Below are positions 24,059-34,150 of a stretch of 64,000 nt of DNA, piece by piece. Under the pieces are notes generated by a model that had not been told where the DNA came from, made no database searches, and saw only the letters and a list, made by a program, of their open reading frames with translations. Source of the stretch: Trueperaceae bacterium (lineage in GTDB: Bacteria; Deinococcota; Deinococci; Deinococcales; Trueperaceae); the NCBI GenBank assembly GCA_034521815.1, contig JAXHLW010000013.1, positions 896,001-960,000 of the forward strand, read 5' to 3'. The position numbers and the translations under genes were made by a program. Position 1 is the stretch's first letter; every line of letters starts with the position of its first letter.

Positions 24059-24927
24059 CCGTGGACCGCGACGCGGCTCGCGCCAACGGACCCCGCGCCA
24101 GCGGAGCGCGCGTCCGCGTCCGGCCGATGGCCGAGCTCACGACCTTGCGCGTCGGCGGTCCCGCCGAGGTGTGGGAGGTCGACGACGTGACGGGCGCGCG
24201 CGACGCGACGTCCGAGCCGTTCCGCGCCCTCGGCGCCGGCTCGAACCTGCTGGTCGCCGATGCGGGCGTCGAGGGTCGCGTCGTCAAGCTGGGGCGCGGC
24301 TTCGACGACGTGCGCGCCTTCGGTGACGCCACCGACGTCTGGCTGGGCGCCGCCACGCCGCTGCCAGGCCTGGTGCGCCGCGCCCAGAAGGCCGGCCTGT
24401 CGGGGCTCGAAGGCGTGCTGGGCATCCCCGCGGTGCTGGGCGGAGCGATCGCGATGAACGCCGGCACCCGCTTCGGCGAGATGTCCGACACCGTTCGCGA
24501 GGTCGAGGTGCTCGTCGACGGATCGGTCGAGCGCCTGCCCGCGGACGCCCTGGACCTTCGCTACCGTCACGCGACGCTGCCCAGGAGCGGGCTGCTGCTG
24601 CGGGCGCGGCTGGTGCTGACGCCCTCGACCCCGGAGCGGGTCGCCACCGCCATGGAGGCGGTCGACGCGGCCCGCAAGGGGCAGCCGAAGAACAAGTCGG
24701 CCGGCTGCGCGTTCAAGAATCCGGTGGGCGACAGCGCCGGCCGCCTGATCGACGCGGCCGGGCTCAAGGGGCTGCGCGTGGGCGACGCGATGATCTCGCA
24801 CGAGCACGGAAACTTCGTCGTCAACCTGGGCGCCGCGACCGCGGCCGACGTGCTCGCGCTCTTAGGCGAGGTGCGGAGCCGGGTCGGCGTGCCGCTGGAG
24901 CTCGAGTGGCGACGTTGGGGCTGGTGA
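24055..24927 (+). CDS. murB: UDP-N-acetylenolpyruvoylglucosamine reductase
   Basis: GAGSNLL, MNAG, SAGCAFKNP, HGNF. The true start could be a downstream ATG. Confidence 0.95.
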   Translation: MTVDRDAARANGPRASGARVRVRPMAELTTLRVGGPAEVWEVDDVTGARDATSEPFRALGAGSNLLVADAGVEGRVVKLGRGFDDVRAFGDATDVWLGAATPLPGLVRRAQKAGLSGLEGVLGIPAVLGGAIAMNAGTRFGEMSDTVREVEVLVDGSVERLPADALDLRYRHATLPRSGLLLRARLVLTPSTPERVATAMEAVDAARKGQPKNKSAGCAFKNPVGDSAGRLIDAAGLKGLRVGDAMISHEHGNFVVNLGAATAADVLALLGEVRSRVGVPLELEWRRWGW

Positions 24928-24930
24928 GCG

Positions 24931-25542
24931 GTGCGCGCGCTGCTGTTGATCATGGGCCTGCTGATCGTGGCCGCGCTGGGCGTCACGCGCTTCTGGCCCA
25001 CCGTCGAGCGGATCGAGGTGACCGGCGCCCGCCACCACGCTGTGGGCGACGTGCTGAGACTGGCCCGCGTCGCGCCCGGCGACCCGCTGCTGTGGATCAC
25101 CACCTGGCGGGTGGCGGGCCTGAGCGAGGATCCGTGGATCGCGCGCGCCCGGGTGACCCGGCACTGGCCCGACACGGTCTCGATCGCGGTGTGGGAGCGC
25201 GCTCCGCTGGCGCGCTCCGGCGACGGTCCAGGCGCGCAGGTGTGGGCCAGGGACGGCACCGTGTTGCCCTCCGCCAGCGCGGAGGAGCGAGCCGATCTTC
25301 CGATCGTGACGGGCTGGGGCGGCGACCGAACGGCGGAAGCGCTGGAGCTCGTCGACCTGGTGAGGAGCCGCCGACCGAAGGTGATACAGTACTCGCCGGA
25401 AGGCTTCGAGATCGCCCTGTCGGATGCGGTGCTGTTCACGCCCGACGTTTCGTCGCTGCGGCGACAGTGGGCGGCCGTGGAACGCCACCGAGGGGGACGG
25501 CTCGCCGTGTACCCGTGGGGAGTGAGCAAGGCACATGAGTGA
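24931..25542 (+). CDS. ftsQ: FtsQ/DivIB POTRA-domain protein
   Basis: N-terminal TM, IEVTG, PWIARARVTRHWPDTV; position before ftsA. Confidence 0.85.
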   Translation: MRALLLIMGLLIVAALGVTRFWPTVERIEVTGARHHAVGDVLRLARVAPGDPLLWITTWRVAGLSEDPWIARARVTRHWPDTVSIAVWERAPLARSGDGPGAQVWARDGTVLPSASAEERADLPIVTGWGGDRTAEALELVDLVRSRRPKVIQYSPEGFEIALSDAVLFTPDVSSLRRQWAAVERHRGGRLAVYPWGVSKAHE

Positions 25543-26779
25543 CGAACGCATCATCGTCGGGCTGGACATCGGTACGACCAAGATCTGCACCGTCATCGGC
25601 GAGGTCGCCGGCGACGGGGTCCTCGACATCATCGGCGAGGGCACGGTGCCCAGCGACGGCCTCCGCAAGGGCGTGGTCGTGAACCTGGAGCGCACCATCG
25701 AATCGGTGCGCCAGTCGATCGCCGCCGCCGAGCGCGTCGCCGGCGTCACCGTCCAGTCGGCCTGGCTGGGCGTCGCCGGCAGCCACCTGAAGGCGTTCAC
25801 GAGCCACGGCATGGCCGCGATCCGGCGGGGCCAGGAAGTCACCCGCGCCGATCTGGAGCGCACCATCGAGAACGCCCGCGCGGTTCCGATGGAGAGCCAC
25901 ATGGACGTGCTCCACGTCATCCCTCAGGAGTACGTGGTGGACGGCAACGACGGCATCAAGGATCCGGTCGGCATGTCCGGCGTTCGGCTCGAGGTGGACG
26001 TTCACGTCGTCACCGGCTCGCAAGGGCCGCTCGCGAACCTCAGGCGCTGCGCGGACGACGCCGGCATCGCCGTCGACGGCATGGTCGTCCAGGCGCTGGC
26101 GTCGGGCTTGGCGGTCCTCAGCGAGCACGAGAAGGACCTCACCACGCTGCTGATCGACGTGGGCGGCGGCACCACGGACGTGGGCGTGTTCCGGCGCGGC
26201 GTGCTGGCCCACTCGGCGGTCATCCCGCTGGGCGGCGACCACGTGACGCAGGACATCAGTCAGCTTCTGCGCATCCCCCCCGACGAGGCCGAGCGCGTCA
26301 AGCGACGCCACGGCGTCGCGCAGCCCGACCTGGCCGACCGCGAGGTCGTGCTCGAGGTCGCGAATCCGGGCTACACCGCCAGCATCTCGACCTTCGAGCT
26401 GGCGCAGGTGATCAAGCCCCGCATGATGGAGATCTTCGACCTCGTCAAACGGGACATCGAGCAGCGCATGGGCGCGCTCGAGCTGACCGCGGGCAACGTC
26501 GTCCTCACGGGCGGCGCCAGCATGATGCCCGGCGTGGAGCAGCTCGCCGCCGAGCGCTTCAGGCTGCCGGTACGCACCGGCGCGCCGCACGGCGTGTCCG
26601 GGCTGACCGACGTGGTGTCGGGACCGGCCCACGCGACCGCCGTCGGGCTGGTCCGCTACGGCATGCTGCACCAGCACGAGAACGGTTCCGCCACCTCCCG
26701 CGGCAAGGCCCGCCCCGGCGCCGGCGAGGGGCCGGCCTTCCTCAACCGCCTGCGCGACATCCTCAAGGATTTTTTCTGA
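25535..26779 (+). CDS. ftsA: Cell division protein FtsA
   Basis: GLDIGTTK, DVGGGTTD, LTGG, C-terminal amphipathic helix. Confidence 0.97.
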   Translation: MSDERIIVGLDIGTTKICTVIGEVAGDGVLDIIGEGTVPSDGLRKGVVVNLERTIESVRQSIAAAERVAGVTVQSAWLGVAGSHLKAFTSHGMAAIRRGQEVTRADLERTIENARAVPMESHMDVLHVIPQEYVVDGNDGIKDPVGMSGVRLEVDVHVVTGSQGPLANLRRCADDAGIAVDGMVVQALASGLAVLSEHEKDLTTLLIDVGGGTTDVGVFRRGVLAHSAVIPLGGDHVTQDISQLLRIPPDEAERVKRRHGVAQPDLADREVVLEVANPGYTASISTFELAQVIKPRMMEIFDLVKRDIEQRMGALELTAGNVVLTGGASMMPGVEQLAAERFRLPVRTGAPHGVSGLTDVVSGPAHATAVGLVRYGMLHQHENGSATSRGKARPGAGEGPAFLNRLRDILKDFF

Positions 26780-26819
26780 GCCCGCCCGCTCGCCGCCGAG
26801 TCCCGGCCAGGAGGCACCC

Positions 26820-27881
<1,062 letters not shown>

Positions 27882-28022
27882 GCGACGAGCGCCCCCTCGT
27901 GCCGGTCGCGCGGCGCCCGCACGGTGCCCACGCGGCACCGCGGCGGGCGCCGCGCGCTTGGCGCGACCGACGCGACCGAGGCGCGACCGGTGCGACGGAT
28001 GCGACCGGACAGGAGACGTCAG

Positions 28023-28517
28023 GTGAAGCGAGAAACCGTCTGGTCCGGCCGCATCGTGCAGCTCGAGCTCCTCGGCGGTCGCTACGAGGTGGTGCGCCAC
28101 GCTTCGGCCGTGGCGGTCCTGGCGATTCGCGACGGGCTGGTCCTTGGCGTGAGCCAGGACCGCATCGCGGTCGGCGTGCGCACCTGGGAGCTCCCCGCCG
28201 GGCTGATCGATCCGGGCGAGGCGCCGCTCGAGGCCGCCGTGCGCGAGCTGCGCGAAGAGACGCAGCTGTGCGGGCGGCTCGTCCCGATCACGCGCCTGTA
28301 CGCCAGCCCCGGCTTCACCGACGAAGAGGTCCACCTGTTCGAGGCGCACGAGCTGGCTCCGTGCGAAGGCGTTCCCGACGAGGACGAGGAGCTCGTGGCG
28401 TCGTGGAGGGACCCGCTCGAGGTGTGGCGCGAGGTGGCGGACGGACGCGCGTCCACCAGCGGCGTCACCCTGCTGGGGCTGCGCCACGCCCTGGCGCGCC
28501 TCGGCATCGAGCCGTGA
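28023..28517 (+). CDS. Nudix hydrolase (ADP-ribose pyrophosphatase-like)
   Basis: ELPAGLID...AAVRELREET Nudix box, SPGFTDE. SD AGGAG before GTG 28023. Confidence 0.9.
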   Translation: MKRETVWSGRIVQLELLGGRYEVVRHASAVAVLAIRDGLVLGVSQDRIAVGVRTWELPAGLIDPGEAPLEAAVRELREETQLCGRLVPITRLYASPGFTDEEVHLFEAHELAPCEGVPDEDEELVASWRDPLEVWREVADGRASTSGVTLLGLRHALARLGIEP

Positions 28518-28536
28518 CGCCCGGCGACGCCGCCGC

Positions 28537-28577
28537 GGAGGGTGCAGTGGAGGGTGCCGTGGAGGGTGCAGTGGAGG
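28537..28577 (+). repeat. 12-bp tandem repeat containing GGAGG, 3.4 copies, upstream of ribF
   Basis: ggagggtgcagt ggagggtgccgt ggagggtgcagt ggagg. Confidence 0.85.
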
Positions 28578-28581
28578 TCCC

Positions 28582-29487
28582 GTGCGGGTCGTGAGCTCCG
28601 TGCCCGAGCTCGATGTCCGCGGCGCCGTCGTCGCGATCGGGAACTTCGACGGCGTCCACCGCGGACACCGGGCTCTGCTGGAGCGCATGCGGCAGTGGGC
28701 GGACGACGAGGGCCGGCCGCCCGTGGTGGTGACGTTCTTCCCTCCCGCCAAGGTGCTGTTCCGCGGCGCGAGCTACCTCAGCTCCCGCGACGAGAAGCTC
28801 GAGCTTCTCCGGCCGTTCGGACCGGACGCCGTCGCCGTCGTGCCGTTCACCCACGACTACGCCAGAACCGACAAGGGAGCTTTCCTGGCCCGCCTCGCGG
28901 AGCTTTCGCCGCGCGCCGTGGTGGTCGGCGAGGACTTCCGCTTCGGCCGGCACCGGGCCGGCGGCCTGGACGACCTTCAGCACGTCCCCGAGCGGCTCGA
29001 GGTGTTCGGTCTCCGGCTCGACGGCGACGCGCCGATCAGCAGCTCGCGCATTCGCGAGCACCTCGCCGCGGGCGAGATCGCGGCCGCGAACCGGCTGCTG
29101 GGAGAGCCGTACCTGGCGATGGGACCGGTCGTGGTCGGTGACCGGCGCGGCCGTACGATCGGGGTTCCGACCGCGAACCTGGAGCTGCCGCCCGAGAAGG
29201 CGCTGCCGCTGGGCGTGTTCGCCGTCGCGGTCGACACGCCGCACGGAACGTTCGGCGGGATGGCCAACGTGGGGCCGCGCCCCAGCTTCCCAGGCGGCGC
29301 CCCCAGGCTCGAGGCGCACCTCTTCGATTTCGACGGCGATCTTTACGGCGCCACGCTCACGGTCCGGTTCCTGACGCGCTTGCGCGGACAACGACGGTTC
29401 GACGGGCTCGACGATCTGAAGGCGCAGCTGGACGCGGACCGGATCGCGGCTCGCCGTGCTCTGGCCCAGCCGCCCGAGGCGCGGTAG
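28582..29487 (+). CDS. ribF: Bifunctional riboflavin kinase/FAD synthetase
   Basis: GNFDGVHRGH, ISSSRIR, GRTIGVPTAN, EAHLFDF. Confidence 0.97.
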   Translation: MRVVSSVPELDVRGAVVAIGNFDGVHRGHRALLERMRQWADDEGRPPVVVTFFPPAKVLFRGASYLSSRDEKLELLRPFGPDAVAVVPFTHDYARTDKGAFLARLAELSPRAVVVGEDFRFGRHRAGGLDDLQHVPERLEVFGLRLDGDAPISSSRIREHLAAGEIAAANRLLGEPYLAMGPVVVGDRRGRTIGVPTANLELPPEKALPLGVFAVAVDTPHGTFGGMANVGPRPSFPGGAPRLEAHLFDFDGDLYGATLTVRFLTRLRGQRRFDGLDDLKAQLDADRIAARRALAQPPEAR

Positions 29488-29497
29488 GGTCGCGGTC

Positions 29498-30238
29498 ATG
29501 TGGATCTACGGCCGAAACCCGGTGCTCGAGGCCTTGCAGCAGGGCCAAGCGGAACGACTCGTGATCGCGGCGGGCGTCAAGAAGGGCGCCGTCGCCGAGC
29601 TTCACAAGGCCGCGCGCGCCGCCGGCGTTCCGGTCGAGACCGTGCCGCGCATCGAGCTCGATCGTGCCTTGGGCACCACCTCGCACCAAGGCGTGGCGGC
29701 GGAGCTTCCCGAGCTGGAGCACGCGCCGCTCGAGGACGCGCTCGCGCGGGCCACCGAGCGTGACGAGCGGCTGCTCCTCGTGCTCCTCGACCAGGTCCAG
29801 GATCCCCGTAACTACGGCGCGATCATCCGCAGCGCGGAGGTGTTCGGCGCCCACGGCGTCGTGACCGAGACCCGCAGGAGCGCTCCCCTGTCCGCCGTGG
29901 TCGCCAAGACCGCTGCCGGCGCCGCGAGCCACCTGCCGCTCGTTCAGGTCGCGAACCTGCCGACCCTGATCCGCGACCTGAAGCGGCGGAACGTCTGGAT
30001 CTACGGCGCCGACGAAGGCGGCGAGACCACCCCGGACCGCGTGGACTGGGATCGGGACGTCGCCCTGGTGATCGGCTCGGAGGGCAGCGGCCTGCGCCGC
30101 CTGGTCGGCGAGCTGTGCGACGAGCGCGTCGCCATCCCCACCAAGGGACGGATCGGCTCGCTGAACGCTTCGGTCGCGGCCGGAGTGATGCTGTACGCCG
30201 TGCAGTCCGGCCGCGACCGGACGCAGCGAGGAGGCTGA
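29498..30238 (+). CDS. rlmB: 23S rRNA Gm2251 methyltransferase (SpoU/TrmH family)
   Basis: IYGRNPV, HQGV, DPRNYGAIIRSA, GSEGSG, SLNASVA. Confidence 0.93.
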   Translation: MWIYGRNPVLEALQQGQAERLVIAAGVKKGAVAELHKAARAAGVPVETVPRIELDRALGTTSHQGVAAELPELEHAPLEDALARATERDERLLLVLLDQVQDPRNYGAIIRSAEVFGAHGVVTETRRSAPLSAVVAKTAAGAASHLPLVQVANLPTLIRDLKRRNVWIYGADEGGETTPDRVDWDRDVALVIGSEGSGLRRLVGELCDERVAIPTKGRIGSLNASVAAGVMLYAVQSGRDRTQRGG

Positions 30239-30241
30239 CCC

Positions 30242-32239
30242 GTGGCGAAGAGGCCGCGTTCCCTGAAGAGCAAGCACCTCGCCGAGCTGGTCTTCCTCTC
30301 CGATCCGCAGCTCGGCGCCGACGGCGAGCGCGCCCTGTGCGTCCGGACCGTGGTCGAGACGACCGGCGACGGTCCGCCCCGCTACCGCGCCGAGATCGTC
30401 GAGGTGGACCTCCACGCCGAGCCGACCTCGAGCCCGCGCGTCGTCGCGGGCGGCGAGAGCGGTGCGGATCATCCTCGCCTCTCCCCAGGCGGACGGTTCC
30501 TGGCGTACCTGGTAAGCGGCCAGGACGGTACCGAGCGGAAACGGAGTCAGGTCCGGCTCCTCGATCTGCATCACGGTGGCGAGTCGCGCCCGCTGACCAG
30601 CCTCGGCGGCGGGGTCGAGACGTTCGCCTGGCGTCCCGACGGAGGCGCGCTCCTGATCGCCGGTCGCGACGAGGCGCCGGAACGTGACGAGAGCGCGGTC
30701 GTCGCGAGGACCGTCACGCGCCTGCACGTCAAGGAGAACGGCCTGCCGAGCCCCGGCGTGCGCCCGGACTCGCGCCCCGGCGTGTGGTTCGTCGACGTGC
30801 GCAGCGGCAAGATCCGCGAGCTCGAGGCGCCCGGCGACGGGGTGTCGGACCTCGCTTGGGGCCCGGACGGCAGGACCGTATGGATGCTGGGGCCGGCCGA
30901 CGACGTCGAGGGGGACGACTGGCGCACCGGGCTGTGGACCGTGAAGGTCAGCGCCCGCGGCAAGGCACGCGATCCGCTACGCCGGGTGGGGCCGTCGCTG
31001 CTCGCGGCGAGCTCGCTGGCCGTGTCGGACGACGGCACCACCGTGGCGTGGACGGCGCCCTCCGATCAGGAGGACGTCGCGTCGCCGACGGGCCTGTGGA
31101 CGATTCCCGCGAGCGGAGGCGAGCCGACCCTGCTCACCGGTCCCGACCTGGACGTGGCGCCGGCGGTGGGCGGCGACGCGCGCCACGGCCGCTACCCGAG
31201 CCGGCCCGTCCCGCTTCCGAACGCTTGGCTCGTGAACCTCAACCGCGAGGGCGCCTCGGGGCCGGCCGTGCTGCACCCGGACGGGCGCGTCTCGCCCCGT
31301 CTGGACGGAGGCAAGGTCACGACCGCCCTCGCGCACGCCGGCGGTCGGACGCTCTGTCTGGTCGAGACGCCAAGGACGCCTGGGACGCTGACGCTGATCG
31401 ATCGCGACGGCTCGACGCGGACCGTGCACGACCCCAACGCCGGCTTCGTCGATCGTTACGGCCTGCAGGCGGCCGAGGGCCCGTTCCAGGCGGCGTCCGG
31501 CGGCGGGTCGGTCGCGTGGTGGCGGCTGGCGCCCGCCAAGCCACGCAAGGACCACGCCATCGTGGTGCAGGTCCACGGCGGTCCGCATACGAACGCGGGC
31601 TTCGGCTTCTCGTTCGAGCACCAGCTCCTCGCCGCCCGCGGCTACACCGTGGTGATCTCGAATCCGCGCGGCAGCAGCAGCTACGGTGCCGACCATGCCA
31701 AAGCGATGCTGGGTGGCTACGGCACCGTCGACGCGGACGACGTGCTGGCCGTCGTCGACCACGCCGTCGCGACGCACGAGGATCGTGAAGCACCGGTCCA
31801 CCTGACCGGCGGCAGCTACGGCGGGTTCATGACGAACTGGCTGGTGACGCGCACCGATCGCTTCCGCAGCGCCGTGACGCAACGCTCGATCTGCAACTGG
31901 CTGTCGTTCTACGGCACCAGCGACATCGGCTACCGCTTCGCGGAGCACGAGGTGCAGGGCACGCCGTGGAACGACGCCGAGGCGCTGTGGGAGCAGAGTC
32001 CCCTGAAGCGCGTGCACGACGTCGTCACCCCGATCCTGATCGTTCACGCCGAGGCCGACCATCGCTGCCCGATGGAGCAGGCCGAGCAGTGGTACGTGGC
32101 GCTGGGGCGGATCGGCAAGGCCGAAACGAAGCTGCTGCGCTTCCCTCAGGAGAATCACGAGCTGTCGAGGTCGGGCCGGCCCGACCGGCGGATCCGCCGC
32201 CTCGACGAGATCGTCGGCTGGTTCGAGACGCACGCCTGA
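30242..32239 (+). CDS. S9-family (acylaminoacyl/dipeptidyl) peptidase
   Basis: Beta-propeller plus HGGP, GGSYGG, DHRC, ENHELSRSG. Confidence 0.93.
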   Translation: MAKRPRSLKSKHLAELVFLSDPQLGADGERALCVRTVVETTGDGPPRYRAEIVEVDLHAEPTSSPRVVAGGESGADHPRLSPGGRFLAYLVSGQDGTERKRSQVRLLDLHHGGESRPLTSLGGGVETFAWRPDGGALLIAGRDEAPERDESAVVARTVTRLHVKENGLPSPGVRPDSRPGVWFVDVRSGKIRELEAPGDGVSDLAWGPDGRTVWMLGPADDVEGDDWRTGLWTVKVSARGKARDPLRRVGPSLLAASSLAVSDDGTTVAWTAPSDQEDVASPTGLWTIPASGGEPTLLTGPDLDVAPAVGGDARHGRYPSRPVPLPNAWLVNLNREGASGPAVLHPDGRVSPRLDGGKVTTALAHAGGRTLCLVETPRTPGTLTLIDRDGSTRTVHDPNAGFVDRYGLQAAEGPFQAASGGGSVAWWRLAPAKPRKDHAIVVQVHGGPHTNAGFGFSFEHQLLAARGYTVVISNPRGSSSYGADHAKAMLGGYGTVDADDVLAVVDHAVATHEDREAPVHLTGGSYGGFMTNWLVTRTDRFRSAVTQRSICNWLSFYGTSDIGYRFAEHEVQGTPWNDAEALWEQSPLKRVHDVVTPILIVHAEADHRCPMEQAEQWYVALGRIGKAETKLLRFPQENHELSRSGRPDRRIRRLDEIVGWFETHA

Positions 32240-32286
32240 GGGCGGGCTCCGGCGGGGACGCTTCCGCCGCCCAGAGCCGCGGCTCC

Positions 32287-32706
32287 TCAGTCCCGAGCGA
32301 CCGTCGCGAGCAGCGTGCGCGCGCCGCCGTGCTCGCGAAGCTCGGCCAAGGCGACGCCCTGCCACGTCCCCAACGCCAGCCGGCCGTCCGCGACCGGAAT
32401 CGTGAGCGACACGCCGAACAGGACCGAGCCGACGTGCGCCGGCATGTCGTCGGGCCCCTCGAGCGTGTGCTCGAACCCCTGCCAGCCGTCCGGCACCGCG
32501 TCGCGCAGCCAGCGATCGAGGTCGCGCCGCACCGCGGGCGAGGCGTTCTCGGTCAGGAGCAGGCCGGCCGAGGTGTGCCGCAGGAACAGGTCGAGGCGAC
32601 CCACCTCGACGCCGCGCAGATCGACGCCGGCCACGACCTCGTCGGTGATCAGGTGGATCCCGCGCGAGCGCGGGCGCAAGGTGAGCTCGGTGCGCGTCAT
32701 GGTCAT
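32287..32706 (-). CDS. yjbQ: YjbQ/UPF0047 family protein
   Basis: HTSAGL..ENA, EGPDDMPAH, LGTWQG. Confidence 0.9.
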   Translation of the reverse strand: MTMTRTELTLRPRSRGIHLITDEVVAGVDLRGVEVGRLDLFLRHTSAGLLLTENASPAVRRDLDRWLRDAVPDGWQGFEHTLEGPDDMPAHVGSVLFGVSLTIPVADGRLALGTWQGVALAELREHGGARTLLATVARD

Positions 32707-32730
32707 GCCGTCAGGCTAGCGCGGGACAGG

Positions 32731-33627
32731 CTAGCGCGGAGCGTCCAGCACCGTCGCCAGCGCCCTGCGTCCGTCCGCCTCGAGCGTCGCGTCGTCGTGC
32801 CGAGCCGCCCAGCCGATCGTCGCGACGGCGTCCAGCGCCCTGAGGCCGGGGAGCCACGGGGCGTCCGGATCGGCAGGACCGCCGGCTGCCCGGTAGCCCG
32901 CCATGAACGCTGCCCGCGAGCCCGGACGGACGGCCCACGGGCCCGACGCCAGCCGGGCCAGATCGGCCTCGGCCAGGTCGGCCCTGGCGTGCTCCAGATC
33001 GAGCGCCGCGACCCAACGGCCGCCCCGGACCAGCCAGTTCCGAGGAGTGAAGTCGCGGTGGCACGGCACGCGCGGACGGCCGCCGAGCATCGGAAGCGTC
33101 GCGGCCAGCAGCGCTTCGACCGTGCGCCGCGTCGACGGGTCCAGCGCCGCCGACGCTCGCCCGACGGCCGCGTCGGCGCGCCGGCGGTAGGCGTCGTCCA
33201 GCGGTAGCGGATCGCTGCCCGCCGCTGCCGCCGGAAGCAGGTGCAGGCGCGCCAGCCACGCGCCGGCCGCCGCGTGCACCGTGGCGGGCACCGTGGCGGG
33301 CGCCTCGGTCCAGGTCTCCGCTGCCACCCGCCCCGGAAGCGCCTCGAGCACGATCGCCCGCGGCGGCACGTCGCGAACGGCCAGCAGCCGGGGCAGCTCC
33401 GGCTCCAGCGAGGGTCCCCACGCCCGGTAGGCGCTCACCTCGCGGCGGTGCTTGCCGACCGTGCGGTGGAGCTTCAGCACGGCGCGGCCGCCGTCCGCGA
33501 GCTCGAGCTCCAGCACCCTCGTCGTGTCGGGCGCCCAGGAGAGGTCGCGCGCGGAGGTCGCCGGCACGCCCAGCGCGTCGGCGACGAATCGTAGCAAGCA
33601 GGGGTCCAGGAACGTACGGTGCGTCAT
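32731..33627 (-). CDS. Aminoglycoside phosphotransferase-like (APH) kinase
   Basis: [12 protein letters not shown] Brenner motif, LDLE. Confidence 0.8.
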   Translation of the reverse strand: MTHRTFLDPCLLRFVADALGVPATSARDLSWAPDTTRVLELELADGGRAVLKLHRTVGKHRREVSAYRAWGPSLEPELPRLLAVRDVPPRAIVLEALPGRVAAETWTEAPATVPATVHAAAGAWLARLHLLPAAAAGSDPLPLDDAYRRRADAAVGRASAALDPSTRRTVEALLAATLPMLGGRPRVPCHRDFTPRNWLVRGGRWVAALDLEHARADLAEADLARLASGPWAVRPGSRAAFMAGYRAAGGPADPDAPWLPGLRALDAVATIGWAARHDDATLEADGRRALATVLDAPR

Positions 33628-33722
33628 GGCCTGTGCTAGCCTACCGAGTCGGGCGACGCGACCGAGATCGATCTATCTTCGTATCCGGTCGGGTTCCGCG
33701 CGAATTTGAGGGGAGCACCATC

Positions 33723-33992
33723 ATGGCCATCGACGCCGCACAGAAGAAGGACATCGTCGCGAAGTACGGCAAGGACGACACCGACACCGGATCCACGCGT
33801 GTCCAGATCGCTTTGCTCACCACCCGCATCCTCGAGCTGTCCCAGCACCTGCAGCGCAACAAGAAGGACCACCACGGCCGCCGCGGCCTGCTGGTGATGG
33901 TCGGCAAGCGCAAGCGGCTGCTCGGCTATCTCGAGAAGACCGACTTCGAGGGCTACAAGAGCCTGATCGCCGACCTCGGCCTGCGTCGCTGA
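33723..33992 (+). CDS. rpsO: 30S ribosomal protein S15
   Basis: [27 protein letters not shown]. Confidence 0.98.
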   Translation: MAIDAAQKKDIVAKYGKDDTDTGSTRVQIALLTTRILELSQHLQRNKKDHHGRRGLLVMVGKRKRLLGYLEKTDFEGYKSLIADLGLRR

Positions 33993-34150
33993 GCTGGTGA
34001 CGGCGGGCCGCCACGCAGCTCAGGCCCTCGGGCGCCCAACGGCGCGCGTCGCGGCGGGACGGCCTTGCGCCGTCTCGCCGTTGCTGCACCTATCTTGATC
34101 GCCGACCGGCGTATCGGTCGGAGCCCGGAATATCCGGCGAAGGAGTACTC